Positions 19,077 through 30,200 of a stretch of DNA of 55,871 bases are shown here, one piece after another. Numbering within the stretch: the first letter of the stretch is position 1; every line of letters begins with the position of its first letter. This DNA comes from Clostridia bacterium (GTDB lineage: Bacteria > Bacillota > Clostridia > UMGS1883): positions 1 to 55,871 of the forward strand of contig JAFQLL010000051.1 in the NCBI GenBank assembly GCA_017414645.1, read 5' to 3'. The notes beneath the pieces are model-generated. The model did no database searches. It saw only the letters and a program-made list of their open reading frames with translations, and was not told where the DNA came from. A program made the position numbers and the translations under genes.

Positions 19077-19961
19077 CTATTGGGCAACAGCAATTTTTAT
19101 AGCCTGCGGTATGTTTTTAACCTCGGCAGAATTGGTTTCGCCCCCATATTCCCCGTCTAAGGTCCAGGCAATGCTTTCACTTGAGGAAAACATAACATAG
19201 TCTGTTTTTATAACATAGTAATGCTTGCTGTCGGTTCTTTTATTTAAAAGGTCTGCTATTATTTCATTCAAATCTGTGGGCTTTGTTATTTTCTTAAGCA
19301 GCAGCACCTCAAAAAGTCCGTCGCATAAATCAACCTGCAGGCTTTTAATTTTTATTCCGCCAACAGAATTTGAATTTGCAACCATGCCGAAAATAAATTC
19401 GTCTTCAATAGTTTCGCCGTTACATTCAATTTTCATTTTATAGCTTTGAACATTTGCCAGCCTTTTTATGCCCTCGGCAATGTAGGCTGCACGCCCGAAA
19501 AGGTTTTTACTTTCCTGGGGGGTGTCGTAGGCAACATCGGTAAGCGCACCGAATGCGGCAACATAAGAAAAATATTTGTCGTTGAACTTGCCTGCGTCAA
19601 TGCTTATAACCTCGCCCTTCATTGCCACCTGCGCTGCCTCAGCAGGGCCTGTGGGAATGCGGCAGGAGGCCGCAAAGTCGTTTGTGGTGCCCATGGGAAT
19701 GTAGCCCAAGACGGGTTTTTCCTCAAGCTCCATAAGGGCGTTGAATGCCTCATTAACGGTGCCGTCACCGCCTGCAACAATAATCTTTTCAAACCTGTTT
19801 CCTTCGTTTTTTATGTATTCACAGCAGTGGTTACGCCTTTTTGTAGGGAAAAGAACAATTTCACTCTCATCCTCTGCAAGAACATCTACAATGTCGGCAA
19901 AGCAGTTTTTTATTTTACCCTTCCCTGCATTAGGATTATAAACAAAAGCTATCTTTTTCAT
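19077..19961 (-). CDS. YegS/Rv2252/BmrU diacylglycerol-kinase-family lipid kinase
   Basis: NPNAG, GGDGTVNE, PMGTTNDFA, LDGE. Confidence 0.9.
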   Translation of the reverse strand: MKKIAFVYNPNAGKGKIKNCFADIVDVLAEDESEIVLFPTKRRNHCCEYIKNEGNRFEKIIVAGGDGTVNEAFNALMELEEKPVLGYIPMGTTNDFAASCRIPTGPAEAAQVAMKGEVISIDAGKFNDKYFSYVAAFGALTDVAYDTPQESKNLFGRAAYIAEGIKRLANVQSYKMKIECNGETIEDEFIFGMVANSNSVGGIKIKSLQVDLCDGLFEVLLLKKITKPTDLNEIIADLLNKRTDSKHYYVIKTDYVMFSSSESIAWTLDGEYGGETNSAEVKNIPQAIKIAVAQ

Positions 19962-20028
19962 AAAATCACCTTCTACTGCAACTATAATACCACTTTTTTA
20001 ATACTTTGTGAACACACTTTTAATTAAT

Positions 20029-20742
20029 TTAAATATTCTTTGCAATGTCTTTTTTCAGCCTTGTCATTATCTTTTTTTCAAGGCGCGATATGTAGCTCTG
20101 ACTTATGCCAAGCATGTCGGCAACCTCCTTCTGGGTTTTCTCCTTTCTGCCCTCAAGCCCGTAACGGAGGTTAATTATCTCCCGTTCTCTTTTATTAAGT
20201 CGCATCATAGCACCCTTAAGCAGCTGAAGCTCCGCTGCTTCCTCCAGTGATGCCTCCACAGTATCGTTTTCGGTACCCAGCACATCGGATAACAAAAGCT
20301 CGTTGCCGTCCCAGTCAACATTCAATGGCTCGTCGAAGCTTACCTCACTTTTTCTGGCGTTATACTTTCTTAAATACATAAGTATTTCATTCTCTATGCA
20401 TCTTGAAGCATAGGTTGCGAGCTTTATCTTTTTGTCGGGTTTAAAGGTGTTCACCGCTTTAATAAGTCCTATTGTGCCTATGCTTATTAAATCCTCAATA
20501 CATATATTGGTGTTTTCAAATTTTTTGGCAATGTAAACTACCAGCCTGAGGTTATGCTCTATAAGAGTGTCCTTTGCTTCTTTTGTGTCAATTTTCTCTA
20601 AAAGTAATTCCTCTTCTTTTTTATCCAAAGCCTGTGGAAGCGCCTCTGTTCCGCCTATGTAATGCACCTCGCCTTTAACGCTGTCCAGAATTTCTCTGTA
20701 GCCTATTTTTGCAATCTGTCCGATAAGTTTTCTTATATCCAT
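20029..20742 (-). CDS. sigE: Sporulation sigma factor E (pro-sigma-E)
   Basis: [58 protein letters not shown]; downstream of spoIIGA. Confidence 0.95.
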   Translation of the reverse strand: MDIRKLIGQIAKIGYREILDSVKGEVHYIGGTEALPQALDKKEEELLLEKIDTKEAKDTLIEHNLRLVVYIAKKFENTNICIEDLISIGTIGLIKAVNTFKPDKKIKLATYASRCIENEILMYLRKYNARKSEVSFDEPLNVDWDGNELLLSDVLGTENDTVEASLEEAAELQLLKGAMMRLNKREREIINLRYGLEGRKEKTQKEVADMLGISQSYISRLEKKIMTRLKKDIAKNI

Positions 20743-20755
20743 AATGTGTCTCCTT

Positions 20756-21607
20756 TTATTTAATGAGCATTGCAGGGTTAAGCAACGCATGATATTCGTC
20801 TTCCTTACAAAGGCGGTTTTCTGTAATGCCGATAATGCAAGTTTTTGCCCTATGACCGTCTACCTCAACCATATCGGGTAAAAAAGCAGGCATAAGTCCC
20901 GTCGCTTTACCTACACTTGAAAAAGGAATGAGCCTTACCTTTAGCCCCGCCTTACTCATGTTTTCCATTAAAGCTTCACCCTGTGGCAGCAGGGCATTAA
21001 GCTCACTCTTTTCACACACAATTACAGGTGCGCCTGTTATAGGGTCAAAAAGAGCATTTCCCGTGTCAATAATTGCTGTGGTCTCAAGTTTTTGCCCCTT
21101 TGTATATATGGTAAGGGTACGCCTGGCGGCACGTACGGCAATACGGCGTTTTCGTATTCTTCCAAAAACAAAAATAAGAAAATAAGTTCCCGATGCAGAG
21201 AAAAGCACCCATCGCCAAGGCAAATTAAGATAAATTTCGCCGTTTGAATAAACCATGCCCAGCTTGCTTCCAAGCCCGGTTAAATTCATAAGGGCAAAAA
21301 GACTACCCCCAAAAATGAAGCTTACAACAAAAAAGCTGCCCCACATTTTAAAAAAATGCGCCCCATTATTAAACCCAAAGGCAATTAAAACCATGATTGC
21401 AGAGAGCCCCAGCTTCATTACAACACTTTGTAAAAATGCGGCATTTACAAAAAACATAACCACCGCATAGGCTGCACCGACAAAGGCGCTTAAAAGACTT
21501 CTGTGGTATTTTGTGTGGGCAAAAGCAATTGCCCCCGTGCCTTCAACAATCAGAATATTTATCATAAAATTAACTAAAAAAAGCACATCTATGTAAACAG
21601 TAATCAA
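20756..21607 (-). CDS. spoIIGA: Sigma-E processing aspartic peptidase
   Basis: [11 protein letters not shown], multiple TMs, [11 protein letters not shown] catalytic motif, IPFSSVG. Confidence 0.9.
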   Translation of the reverse strand: MITVYIDVLFLVNFMINILIVEGTGAIAFAHTKYHRSLLSAFVGAAYAVVMFFVNAAFLQSVVMKLGLSAIMVLIAFGFNNGAHFFKMWGSFFVVSFIFGGSLFALMNLTGLGSKLGMVYSNGEIYLNLPWRWVLFSASGTYFLIFVFGRIRKRRIAVRAARRTLTIYTKGQKLETTAIIDTGNALFDPITGAPVIVCEKSELNALLPQGEALMENMSKAGLKVRLIPFSSVGKATGLMPAFLPDMVEVDGHRAKTCIIGITENRLCKEDEYHALLNPAMLIK

Positions 21608-21688
21608 CTTATCACCCCGCCATTTATATTATACAGTTTCTTTCTTTAAAATATTGTCGCTTGAGGGTGTAAAACATATCTTTTTTTG

Positions 21689-21717
21689 TTGACATACCGC
21701 TTAAAAAGATATAGAAT
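21689..21717 (+). promoter_or_regulatory. sigma-A promoter of the activase-hypD operon
   Basis: TTGACA-17 bp-TAGAAT. Confidence 0.7.
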
Positions 21718-21780
21718 TATTCTTATAAATAGTAATGAGTTGCAAATTGCTGTTTAATTGGAAATTGAAAGGCTACTGCT

Positions 21781-22686
21781 ATGGAAAATGTACTTATATC
21801 CAACCTTCAGCGGTTTTCCACAAAGGACGGTCCCGGCATAAGAACAACGGTGTTTTTTAAGGGGTGCCCCTTAAGGTGTAAGTGGTGTCATAACCCCGAA
21901 ACGCACCTTACTGTTTCGGAAATTATGTACAACCGCGAAAACTGTACCCTTTGCGGAAGATGCGTCCGTGCGTGCCCCAAGGGTGCCGTAACAATTGAAA
22001 ACGATACTGTAATTACAGATACAAACAAATGCACCATCTGCAAAAGGTGTACCGACGAGTGCTATTACAATGCAAGAGAGGTTGTCGGCAAGGGCCTCAC
22101 CTTTGACGAAATATGCGATGTTTTAGAGCGCGACATGGCGTTTTATAGTGAGTCGGGCGGTGGCGCTACCTTCTCGGGCGGCGAATGCTTAATGTTCCCC
22201 CAAATGCTTACAAAGCTGTTGAAGTTTTGCAAGGCAAGGCGCATACATACCGCGGTTGATACCTCAGGCTTTGCTGCATGGGAGGTTTTTGAGAAAATTC
22301 TCCCTTATACCGATTTGTTTCTTTATGACATCAAGGCTTTTTCGCCCGATGTTCACAAGGAAGTAACCGGTGTAGACAACGCCCTTATATGGGAAAATCT
22401 TGAAAAGCTTTGCTCGCTTGGAGCAAATGTTAATTTAAGGCTTCCTGTTATAGAGGGCTGCAACGCAGACCTCTCAGGCATTGAGGAAACTGCAAAAAAA
22501 GCTGCCTCTTTCGGCATAAAAAAGGTAAATATTTTGCCCTACCACGATATGGGCAAGTATAAATACACCAAGCTCGGTCGTGATTACGATTCGAACTCGA
22601 TGGCAACCCCATCAGATGAAAAGCTTGAAGAAATCAAGACAATATTTAAAAATCATGCATTTACCGACATCAAAATAGGTGGATAG
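21781..22686 (+). CDS. Glycyl-radical enzyme activating radical-SAM protein (HypD activase)
   Basis: DGPGIRTTVFFKGCPLRCKWCHNPE plus ferredoxin-like CxxCxxCxxxC inserts. Confidence 0.93.
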   Translation: MENVLISNLQRFSTKDGPGIRTTVFFKGCPLRCKWCHNPETHLTVSEIMYNRENCTLCGRCVRACPKGAVTIENDTVITDTNKCTICKRCTDECYYNAREVVGKGLTFDEICDVLERDMAFYSESGGGATFSGGECLMFPQMLTKLLKFCKARRIHTAVDTSGFAAWEVFEKILPYTDLFLYDIKAFSPDVHKEVTGVDNALIWENLEKLCSLGANVNLRLPVIEGCNADLSGIEETAKKAASFGIKKVNILPYHDMGKYKYTKLGRDYDSNSMATPSDEKLEEIKTIFKNHAFTDIKIGG

Positions 22687-22721
22687 TAAACTAAAACCCA
22701 CCAAAGGAGGATTATACCACT

Positions 22722-25091
22722 ATGAGAGGTTACACGGAAAGAACAAAAAAGCTTCGCGAAATGAGTGTTTCCACAAATCCTGCACTTTCAATTGAGCGAG
22801 CTGTAATTATGACAGAGGCTTACCAGAAGTACGAGGGCAGTGTTGACATTCCCGTGCTTCGCGCGTTGGCTTTTAAGGAATACATGGAAAGAAAAACCCT
22901 CGTTATTAACGAAGGCGAATTGATTGTAGGTGAAAAGGGCCATAACTTACAGTGTGCGCCCTCCTTCCCTGAGCTGTGTTGTCACACAATTGAAGATATG
23001 GAGGTTATGGACCAGAGAGAGCTCATAAGCTTTTCCGTAACCGAAGAGGATAAGCAGCTTCAGGCAGAAAAGGTTATCCCCTACTGGGAAAAGCGTTCTA
23101 TCCGCCACAAAATTATGCAGTCAACCTCACAGGAATGGAAAGATTGCTATGCTGCAGGTATGTTCACAGAATTTATGGAGCAGCGCGGTCCCGGTCATAC
23201 AGGTGCAGGTAACGTTATTTATAAAAAGGGCTTTTCCGACTTCAAGAAGGACATTGATGCACGTATTGCCCGTCTTGACTTTGTAAACGATGAACAGGCA
23301 TACGATAAAAAAGCAGAACTTGAAGCCATGAAAATTGCCTGTGACGGCATTATCACCTTTGGTCGCCGTTACAGCGAATACGCAAAGGAGCTTGCAGAAA
23401 AGGAAACAGACACACAGAGAAAGGCTGACCTTCTTTTAATCAGCGAAAACTGTAAGCAGGTACCCGAATTTGCACCTAAGACCTTCCACCAGGCACTTCA
23501 GATGTACTGGTTTGTGCACATTGGTGTAACAAGCGAGGTTAACCCCTGGGATGCGTTCACTCCCGGCAGACTTGACCAGCACCTTTACCCCTTCTATAAG
23601 AAGGAATTGAAGGAAGGCACAATTGACTACGATAAGGCACGTGAGCTTTTAGAGTGCTTCTGGATTAAGTTCAACAATCAGCCTGCTCCCCCTAAGGTTG
23701 GTATCACCCTTAAGGAAAGCGGCACATATACAGATTTCTGTAACATGAACACAGGCGGCATTACCGAAGACGGCAAGGACGGCGTTAACCCTGTAAGCTA
23801 CATTATCCTCGACACAATGGACGAAATGAAGCTTCTTCAGCCCTCCAGTAATGTACAGATTTCAAGAAAAACTCCCGACGATTTCCTGCTTCGTGCATGT
23901 GAAATTTCCCGCAAGGGCTGGGGTCAGCCTGCATTCTATAATACAGAAGCCATCATTCAGGAGCTTCTCAACGCAGGAAAAACAATTGAAGATGCACGCC
24001 ACGGTTGCTCCACAGGCTGTGTTGAAACAGGCTGCTTAGGCAAGGAAAACTACGCTCTTACAGGCTATTTCAACATTCCCAAGGTTTTGGAAATTACCCT
24101 TAACAACGGCTTTGACAACTACACAGGCAAGCAGATAGGTCTTAAAACAGGTAACCCCGAGGACTTCAAGAGCTTTGAAGAATTGTACGATGCATTCCTT
24201 AAGCAGATGCATCACTTCCTTGACATAAAGATTGCAGGCAACAACATTATCGAAAAGATTTATGCAAAATACATGCCCGTGCCCTTCCTTTCCATTATTA
24301 TGGAGGACTGTATTGAAAAGGCAGTTGACTACAACGCAGGCGGTGCACGCTACAACACCTACTACATTCAGGGTGTAGGTATAGGCACAATTACAGATGC
24401 TCTCTCTGCCATCAGCTACAATGTATTCGACAACAAGAATTTTACAATGGCAGAATTGGTTGATGCCCTTAAGGCCGACTTTGAAGGCTATGACCGCATT
24501 TATAACCTTGTATGTAACAAAACACCCAAATACGGCAACGACGATGACTACGCCGACGATATTATGAAGAGAGTTTTCAACAGCTACTGTGACTACATAA
24601 CAGGTCGACCCACTATTAAGGGTGGTCAGTATCGTATTGACATGCTGCCTACAACCTGCCACGTTTATTTTGGCGAGGTTTGCGGTGCTCTTCCCAACGG
24701 CAGAAAAGCACAGAAGCCCATGAGCGAGGGTATCTCCCCCGAAAAGGGCGCCGATACAAACGGTCCCACCGCTGTAATAAAGAGCTGCTCCAAGATGGAC
24801 CACCTCAAAACAGGCGGTACACTTCTGAACCAGAAGTTTACACCTGCTGTGCTTAAGGGCGAGGATGGCTTAAAGAACCTGGCTGCCTTGATTCGTGCTT
24901 ACTTTGCTCTTGACGGTCACCACATTCAGTTCAATGTTATTGACCGTGCAACACTTATTGAAGCACAGAAGCACCCCGAGGAATATAAGGACCTTATTGT
25001 TCGTGTTGCAGGCTACAGCGACCACTTCCGTAACCTTTCCAAGGCTTTACAGGACGAAATTATCAACAGAACGGAGCAATCCTTCTCCTGA
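22722..25091 (+). CDS. hypD: Trans-4-hydroxy-L-proline dehydratase (glycyl radical enzyme)
   Basis: 789 aa; FTEFMEQRGPGH, WDAFTPGRLDQ, ESGTYTDF, GCVE, MLPTTCH and VRVAGYS match C. difficile HypD motifs as recalled. Confidence 0.88.
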   Translation: MRGYTERTKKLREMSVSTNPALSIERAVIMTEAYQKYEGSVDIPVLRALAFKEYMERKTLVINEGELIVGEKGHNLQCAPSFPELCCHTIEDMEVMDQRELISFSVTEEDKQLQAEKVIPYWEKRSIRHKIMQSTSQEWKDCYAAGMFTEFMEQRGPGHTGAGNVIYKKGFSDFKKDIDARIARLDFVNDEQAYDKKAELEAMKIACDGIITFGRRYSEYAKELAEKETDTQRKADLLLISENCKQVPEFAPKTFHQALQMYWFVHIGVTSEVNPWDAFTPGRLDQHLYPFYKKELKEGTIDYDKARELLECFWIKFNNQPAPPKVGITLKESGTYTDFCNMNTGGITEDGKDGVNPVSYIILDTMDEMKLLQPSSNVQISRKTPDDFLLRACEISRKGWGQPAFYNTEAIIQELLNAGKTIEDARHGCSTGCVETGCLGKENYALTGYFNIPKVLEITLNNGFDNYTGKQIGLKTGNPEDFKSFEELYDAFLKQMHHFLDIKIAGNNIIEKIYAKYMPVPFLSIIMEDCIEKAVDYNAGGARYNTYYIQGVGIGTITDALSAISYNVFDNKNFTMAELVDALKADFEGYDRIYNLVCNKTPKYGNDDDYADDIMKRVFNSYCDYITGRPTIKGGQYRIDMLPTTCHVYFGEVCGALPNGRKAQKPMSEGISPEKGADTNGPTAVIKSCSKMDHLKTGGTLLNQKFTPAVLKGEDGLKNLAALIRAYFALDGHHIQFNVIDRATLIEAQKHPEEYKDLIVRVAGYSDHFRNLSKALQDEIINRTEQSFS

Positions 25092-25124
25092 TTTGTTCAA
25101 AATCACAAAATTTCATAAATGGTG

Positions 25125-25153
25125 TTGACAAATAAGTTTTTTCAGTATACTAT
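25125..25153 (+). promoter_or_regulatory. sigma-A promoter
   Basis: TTGACA-17 bp-TACTAT. Confidence 0.65.
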
Positions 25154-25214
25154 GTGCCTGTAAGGCAAAGTCTTACTTATATTTAATACTCTCAATTATG
25201 AGGAGGTTTTAACT

Positions 25215-25478
25215 ATGAGAAAATTTACAGTACACGATCTTGATCTTCAGGGCTTCATTCACGAGCTTTCCAACTGCACAGGCAACGTATGGATGACAAC
25301 AGAAGATGGCGACAAAATCAACCTTCAGTCCGCATTCTGCCGTCTTATCGGTCTCAAGAGCATTCTTGAAGGCGGTAAGCTCAGCCAGGCAACAATTGAA
25401 TGCGACAACGTTGAAGACGAATCCCGTCTTTTCAGATTCAACCTCTACGGCAGAAGCTCTTCCGAAGACGCTGAGTAA
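25215..25478 (+). CDS. Small conserved protein, HPr-like fold suspected
   Basis: GAGGAGG RBS, own promoter and terminator; F...L..C.G.V.....GD.INL.S pattern. Confidence 0.7.
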   Translation: MRKFTVHDLDLQGFIHELSNCTGNVWMTTEDGDKINLQSAFCRLIGLKSILEGGKLSQATIECDNVEDESRLFRFNLYGRSSSEDAE

Positions 25479-25497
25479 TAGCTTAATATTAAAAATG

Positions 25498-25529
25498 AAA
25501 ACCGCACCAGTGAATGGTGCGGTTTTTTT
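25498..25529 (+). terminator. Intrinsic terminator
   Basis: aaaaccgcacca-gtgaa-tggtgcggttttttt. Confidence 0.8.
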
Positions 25530-25536
25530 GTGCAAC

Positions 25537-25706
25537 GAACAAAGTGTCTCCGACACTCCTTAGCAATAGTTCGAGCTAAGGCAGACAGAGGAGAAAACAC
25601 TTTGTAATGCCATATGCGTTTTCCGAGCCTCGCGAGGAAATTCTCGCATGGCAATAAAATCAAATTTATTTTTCACCTTATAGGAAATACTCAATTTCCT
25701 ATAAGG
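25537..25706. repeat. Family A structured repeat, copy A3
   Basis: Colinear with 51-220, about 12 substitutions by manual count. Confidence 0.92.
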
Positions 25707-25710
25707 TGAA

Positions 25711-25736
25711 AGGAACGCAACCTTTGTTGCGTTCCT
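25711..25736. terminator. Terminator-like hairpin
   Basis: aggaacgcaac-cttt-gttgcgttcct. Confidence 0.6.
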
Positions 25737-25823
25737 TCATTTACTCGCCAAAAGCGATTTTCACATTCGTAAGCATATTGTCAATCCGCAGGATTGCTTG
25801 CGCTCACTTGAATAGCTTTTAAA

Positions 25824-27143
25824 TTATTTCAAAAGTCCCAGAGCTGCGTTCATTGCATTGTGAATAATTACCGCACATTCTGCTCTTGTTGCAGGAAGTG
25901 TGGGTTCAAACTTATTGTTAACTGCATCTCTTAATGGAGCAACACCTGTTGAATACAATGCATTTACAGCCTCAACGTCCCAGGAAGGAACAGCTGCAGC
26001 ATCACCAAAGGTGATTGCAGTGCCGTCAGCATTAGTCTTCGCCTTGAATTCGGGGTTGATAGATTTAATGTAACGGTAAACAATAAGGCAAAGGTCTCCT
26101 CTTGTTATGTTTGAATTGGGGTCAAAAATTGTTGTGCTTCTACCTGTAATAAATCCAAACTTATATGCAGCAGAAACATAGGTATAGTGCCATTCTGTTG
26201 CTGCTACATCCCAAAAGCTGCTTACATAGGTTGCCTTGTCCTTTTCGCTGTACCTGCCCGAAGCAAGAGTTATCATCTTTGAAAATTCAGCTCTTGTAAC
26301 GGGGTTGTTGGGCTTAAAGGTTTTGTCGGGGTAGCCATTTATAATTCCTGAATTAACAAGTGCATAAATAGCCTTTTCTGCCCAGGGTGCATCCTTTATA
26401 TCGGTAAATACAATTTTGGGCTCTGTGCTTGCTTCCTCGGAAGGCTGTGTAGCTTCTTCGCCCTCGTCGCCATAATCGGGGCCACCAATGCCGGGTTCCT
26501 TGCCGGGGTTTGTGGCAGGCTCTGTTTCGGGTTCCTTCTCGGGTTCTGTAGGAGCATCTGTCTCGGGCTCTGTGGGCTGAGTAGCAGGCTCGGTAGGAGC
26601 ATCTGTCTCAGGCTCTGTGGGCTTTGTAACAGGCTCTGTTTCGGGTTCTGTGGGAGCTTCTGTTGTAATTTCCTCAGTTTCTTCCTCTGTTGTGGGTTCT
26701 TCTGTTTCGTCTTCAACTTCGGCAAAAAGAATGAGCTTTATTGTTTCAACCAGGGGCTGAAATTCGGGAGCAATAATGCCGTCCATGCCGTCAAGAGCCG
26801 CACCGGGGAACGCCCCTACAAGAGCATCTCTCAGCTTCATGTGCTTTCTTTTAGACATTGAGTCTAAGATTGCTTCGATAAAGTAATCTTCGAAATTATC
26901 TTCTGTTACTTCAACATCAAGGCTAAGAAGATAAGATTGTACATCGCCAAGGAAATTGATAATCTGGCTTTCAGTTGCACCCTGTGCAAGGACTGCATCT
27001 ACAAATTCGGGGTACATAGCTGCACATTCCTCATATGCAACCCCAATGTCCATGCCTATGCCTGCAAAAGCAACAGGTGCACTTGTAAGCATAAACGCTA
27101 ATGTTAATAAAACTGCGGTTAATCTTTTAAAAGTCTTTTTCAT
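25824..27143 (-). CDS. Secreted SLH-domain protein with Pro/Thr/Glu-rich linker
   Basis: Signal peptide; TEP repeats; GIINGYPDKTFKPNNPVTRAE, ITRGD and ATRAE SLH motifs. Confidence 0.88.
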   Translation of the reverse strand: MKKTFKRLTAVLLTLAFMLTSAPVAFAGIGMDIGVAYEECAAMYPEFVDAVLAQGATESQIINFLGDVQSYLLSLDVEVTEDNFEDYFIEAILDSMSKRKHMKLRDALVGAFPGAALDGMDGIIAPEFQPLVETIKLILFAEVEDETEEPTTEEETEEITTEAPTEPETEPVTKPTEPETDAPTEPATQPTEPETDAPTEPEKEPETEPATNPGKEPGIGGPDYGDEGEEATQPSEEASTEPKIVFTDIKDAPWAEKAIYALVNSGIINGYPDKTFKPNNPVTRAEFSKMITLASGRYSEKDKATYVSSFWDVAATEWHYTYVSAAYKFGFITGRSTTIFDPNSNITRGDLCLIVYRYIKSINPEFKAKTNADGTAITFGDAAAVPSWDVEAVNALYSTGVAPLRDAVNNKFEPTLPATRAECAVIIHNAMNAALGLLK

Positions 27144-27206
27144 GGTATAATTGTTTCCTTTCTTTCAGGCAAAATTGCCTTAATTTTCCACACACGTAAA
27201 ACAATC

Positions 27207-27238
27207 TCAAAAGGTTGCAGCAAGCTGCAACCTTTTGA
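27207..27238 (-). terminator. Intrinsic terminator
   Basis: tcaaaaggttgcagc-aa-gctgcaaccttttga. Confidence 0.75.
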
Positions 27239-27268
27239 TTTATACCTTAATTATTGATTAAGTTAAAC

Positions 27269-30200
27269 TCAGTCGAGTTCAAGAACTTCGGGCCAAGCAC
27301 GTGCAAGAAGTGTACATGCTTCTGCTCTTGTTGTGAAGCCGAGAGGCTTGTAGGAACCATCCTGGTAACCTGTGATGAGGCCGTTAGTTACAGCTGCATC
27401 CATTTCACCATCGAACCACCATGAGATATCTTCAGCGTCTGTGAAGATGTCCTTAGCGCCTTCTTCTGCTTCCTTCCAAACTGCGCTCTTAGCTCTTGCG
27501 ATAATTGCAACTGCCTGTTCACGAGTGATGAAGTCGTTAGGACCGAAGTTGCCGTCGCCGTAACCACGAGTCATACCGTAACCTTCGGGAAGAGACATTG
27601 TTGCGATTATATCCTGAGCCCAGTGACCTACTGTATCGTCGTAAAGTACACCGTCTTCAGCGATTTCAAGACCAAGAATTCTGTAAACAATTGCTGTGAA
27701 TTCAGCTCTTGTGATGTTCTGGTCGGGCTTGAACAAGCCATCGGGGTAACCCTTAATGTAGCCGTTAATTGTCATAGCGTCGATTGTAAGGTGAGCCCAG
27801 TGAGCTTCTGTCTTACCTTCCCAGCCTACAGCGATATCGGGCCATTCACATTCATGTTCCTTAACAACTGTATCGCCTTCAGTTACTGTGAAGATGTAGT
27901 CGCCTGTAAGCACTACGTTACCCTTTTCGTTAGTAACCTTAATTGTACCCTTAACTTCGCCTTCCTTAACACCTGTTACAGTTACAACGCCGTCAACGAT
28001 TTCAACCTTAACTTCGCCGTCGCCTGTGCCTGTAAATTCAACGTCTGTACCACCAGCGGGAACCTTTACAACATCCTTAGTTTCGTCAACCTTAACTGTG
28101 ATGTTAACTGCAGGATCGCTGCCGCCACCACCTGTGGGTACCTTAACTTTGATTACCTTAGAGTCAACTTCTACACCATTTACAAGAAGTGTAGCTGTGA
28201 TTGTCTTTGTGCCCTTTGCCAATCTTGTGATTGTAGCAATGCTTGCATCGTTAGCTGCTGTAGCAACGTTTGTAATTTCAAGAACTGTACCGTCTTCTGT
28301 TGTCCAAACGATTTCTACAGTTGCACCTTCAGGCTGAATGTTCTGAGGTGTTGCTGTGATTTCAATTGTCTTACCAACCTTCATGCTTCTTGTTGTCTTA
28401 CCAACAGAAAGTGTACCGGAAGGAGCAACAGCTGTTTCGGGAAGAATTTCGAATGTATCTTCAGCTTCTGTACCTGTCTGACCAACTGCTACTGTGTATA
28501 CGTTACCAACCTGAGCATTGTCAAGTGCAATTGTAACGCCTGCTTCGTATTCTGCCTTTGTATGTGTTACTGCATATACATTGTCTGTGCCAAGTGTAAC
28601 TGTAACTACTACAAAGTCAAGGTTTGTTGTACCCTTAATTGTGATTTCAGCGTTTTCATTATCGCTGAGCTTGAAGTCTTCAATATCTTCAAGGTTGATG
28701 TAGGGAGATTCAACAACTGTTACATCAGCATCGTCAAGAACGCTGTCATCAGCGGGGTCCTTAACTTCTACTGTGAACTGGTCGCCACCTTCAACGCCGT
28801 CGGGAAGAACGATTACGATACCGTCTTCGAAATCTTCCTTGCTAACTGCATCGGGATCAAGCTCGTTGCCGTCCTTATCCTTGATTGTTACCTGAACTTC
28901 GTTGCCGTTTTCGTCCTTAACTGTAACCTTTACTTCGTCAAGGCTTGTTTCACCACTTACTTCGATAGTGGGATCAGCTGTTGTGGGCTGCTTGTCAACA
29001 TTAACTGTTGTTTCGCCTTCTGCGATAATTGTAAATTCGTCAGAGTCGGAAGCCTTTTCTGTACCAACAACTACTGTATAAACATCGCCTTCCTGAGCAT
29101 TGTCGGGAGCGTTAAGTGTGATACCTGCTTCAAATTCTGCCTTGGAGTATACTACTGCGTAAATTGTTTCGCCATTCTTAACGATAGCTACTGTTACGTA
29201 GTCGAGGTTTGTTGTAGTACCCTTGATTGTGATTGTACCGTCAGCTGTTGTATCAAGTACATCTTCAAGAACTACTTCGTATGTTTCGTCTGCGCCTTCG
29301 ATTGCGAATTCGTCAGAGTCGGAAGCCTTTTCTGTACCAACTACTACTGTGTAAACTTCGCCTTCCTGAGCATTGTCGGGAGCGTTAAGTGTGATACCTG
29401 CTTCAAATTCTGCCTTTTCGTATACTACTGCGTAGATTGTTTCGCCATTCTTAATGATAGCTACTGTTACATAGTCAAGGTTTGTTGTACCCTTGATTTC
29501 AATTGTACCATCAACTGTTGTGTCAAGTACGTCGTCAAGAATTACATAGGGATTTTCAACGTCTTCGCCAACTGTTACATCAGCATCGTCAAGAACGCTG
29601 TCATCAGCGGGATCCTTAACTTCTACTGTGAACTGATCGCCTGCAACAACTCCATCGGGAAGAATGATTACGATACCGTCTTCAAAGTCTTCCTTGCTAA
29701 CTGCATCGGGATCAAGCTCGTTGCCGTCCTTATCCTTGATTGTAACTTCTACTTCGTTGCCTTCTTCATCCTTAACTGTAACCTTTACTTCGTCAAGGGG
29801 TGTTTCACCACTTACGTCAACTGTAGGATCGTCAACTGTGGGCTGCTTGTCAACATTAACTGTTGTTTCAGCAGATGTTGCTGTAACTGTAAATGTTGTT
29901 ACATATCTGTAAACGTCTTCAGGATCACCATCCTGAACGCCGTCCTGATCGTAGTCTGTATAACCACGGTAAACTGTTACTGTAGCTTCACCTTCAGTAC
30001 CTTCAGTAACTTCGATCATAATCTGACCAATGTCATCACCTGCATAAACCTTAATGCCGTCAGCATCGTAGTTTGCATCGAAGGAAGCAATGCCGTATTC
30101 GCTCACGGAAGAGAATACAGGATAAAGGTTGTGAGCAAAGCCAAGGCCAAGCTCTGCAACTTCATTACCGTTGATTTCAGCACCTTCAAGAACAGGACCA

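Noticed and set aside
21608-21690. Spo0A boxes upstream of spoIIGA
   Set aside because: Only partial matches to TGNCGAA; expected biologically but not supportable by eye.
22722-25091. Pyruvate formate-lyase or choline TMA-lyase call
   Set aside because: Single active-site Cys in GCVE rather than the PFL CC pair; motifs and length fit HypD; no microcompartment genes.
25445-25663. Similar small ORFs MILLPCENFLARLGKRIWHYKVFS here and at 55678-55860
   Set aside because: They are translations of repeat family A; starts and ends differ between copies and there is no RBS.
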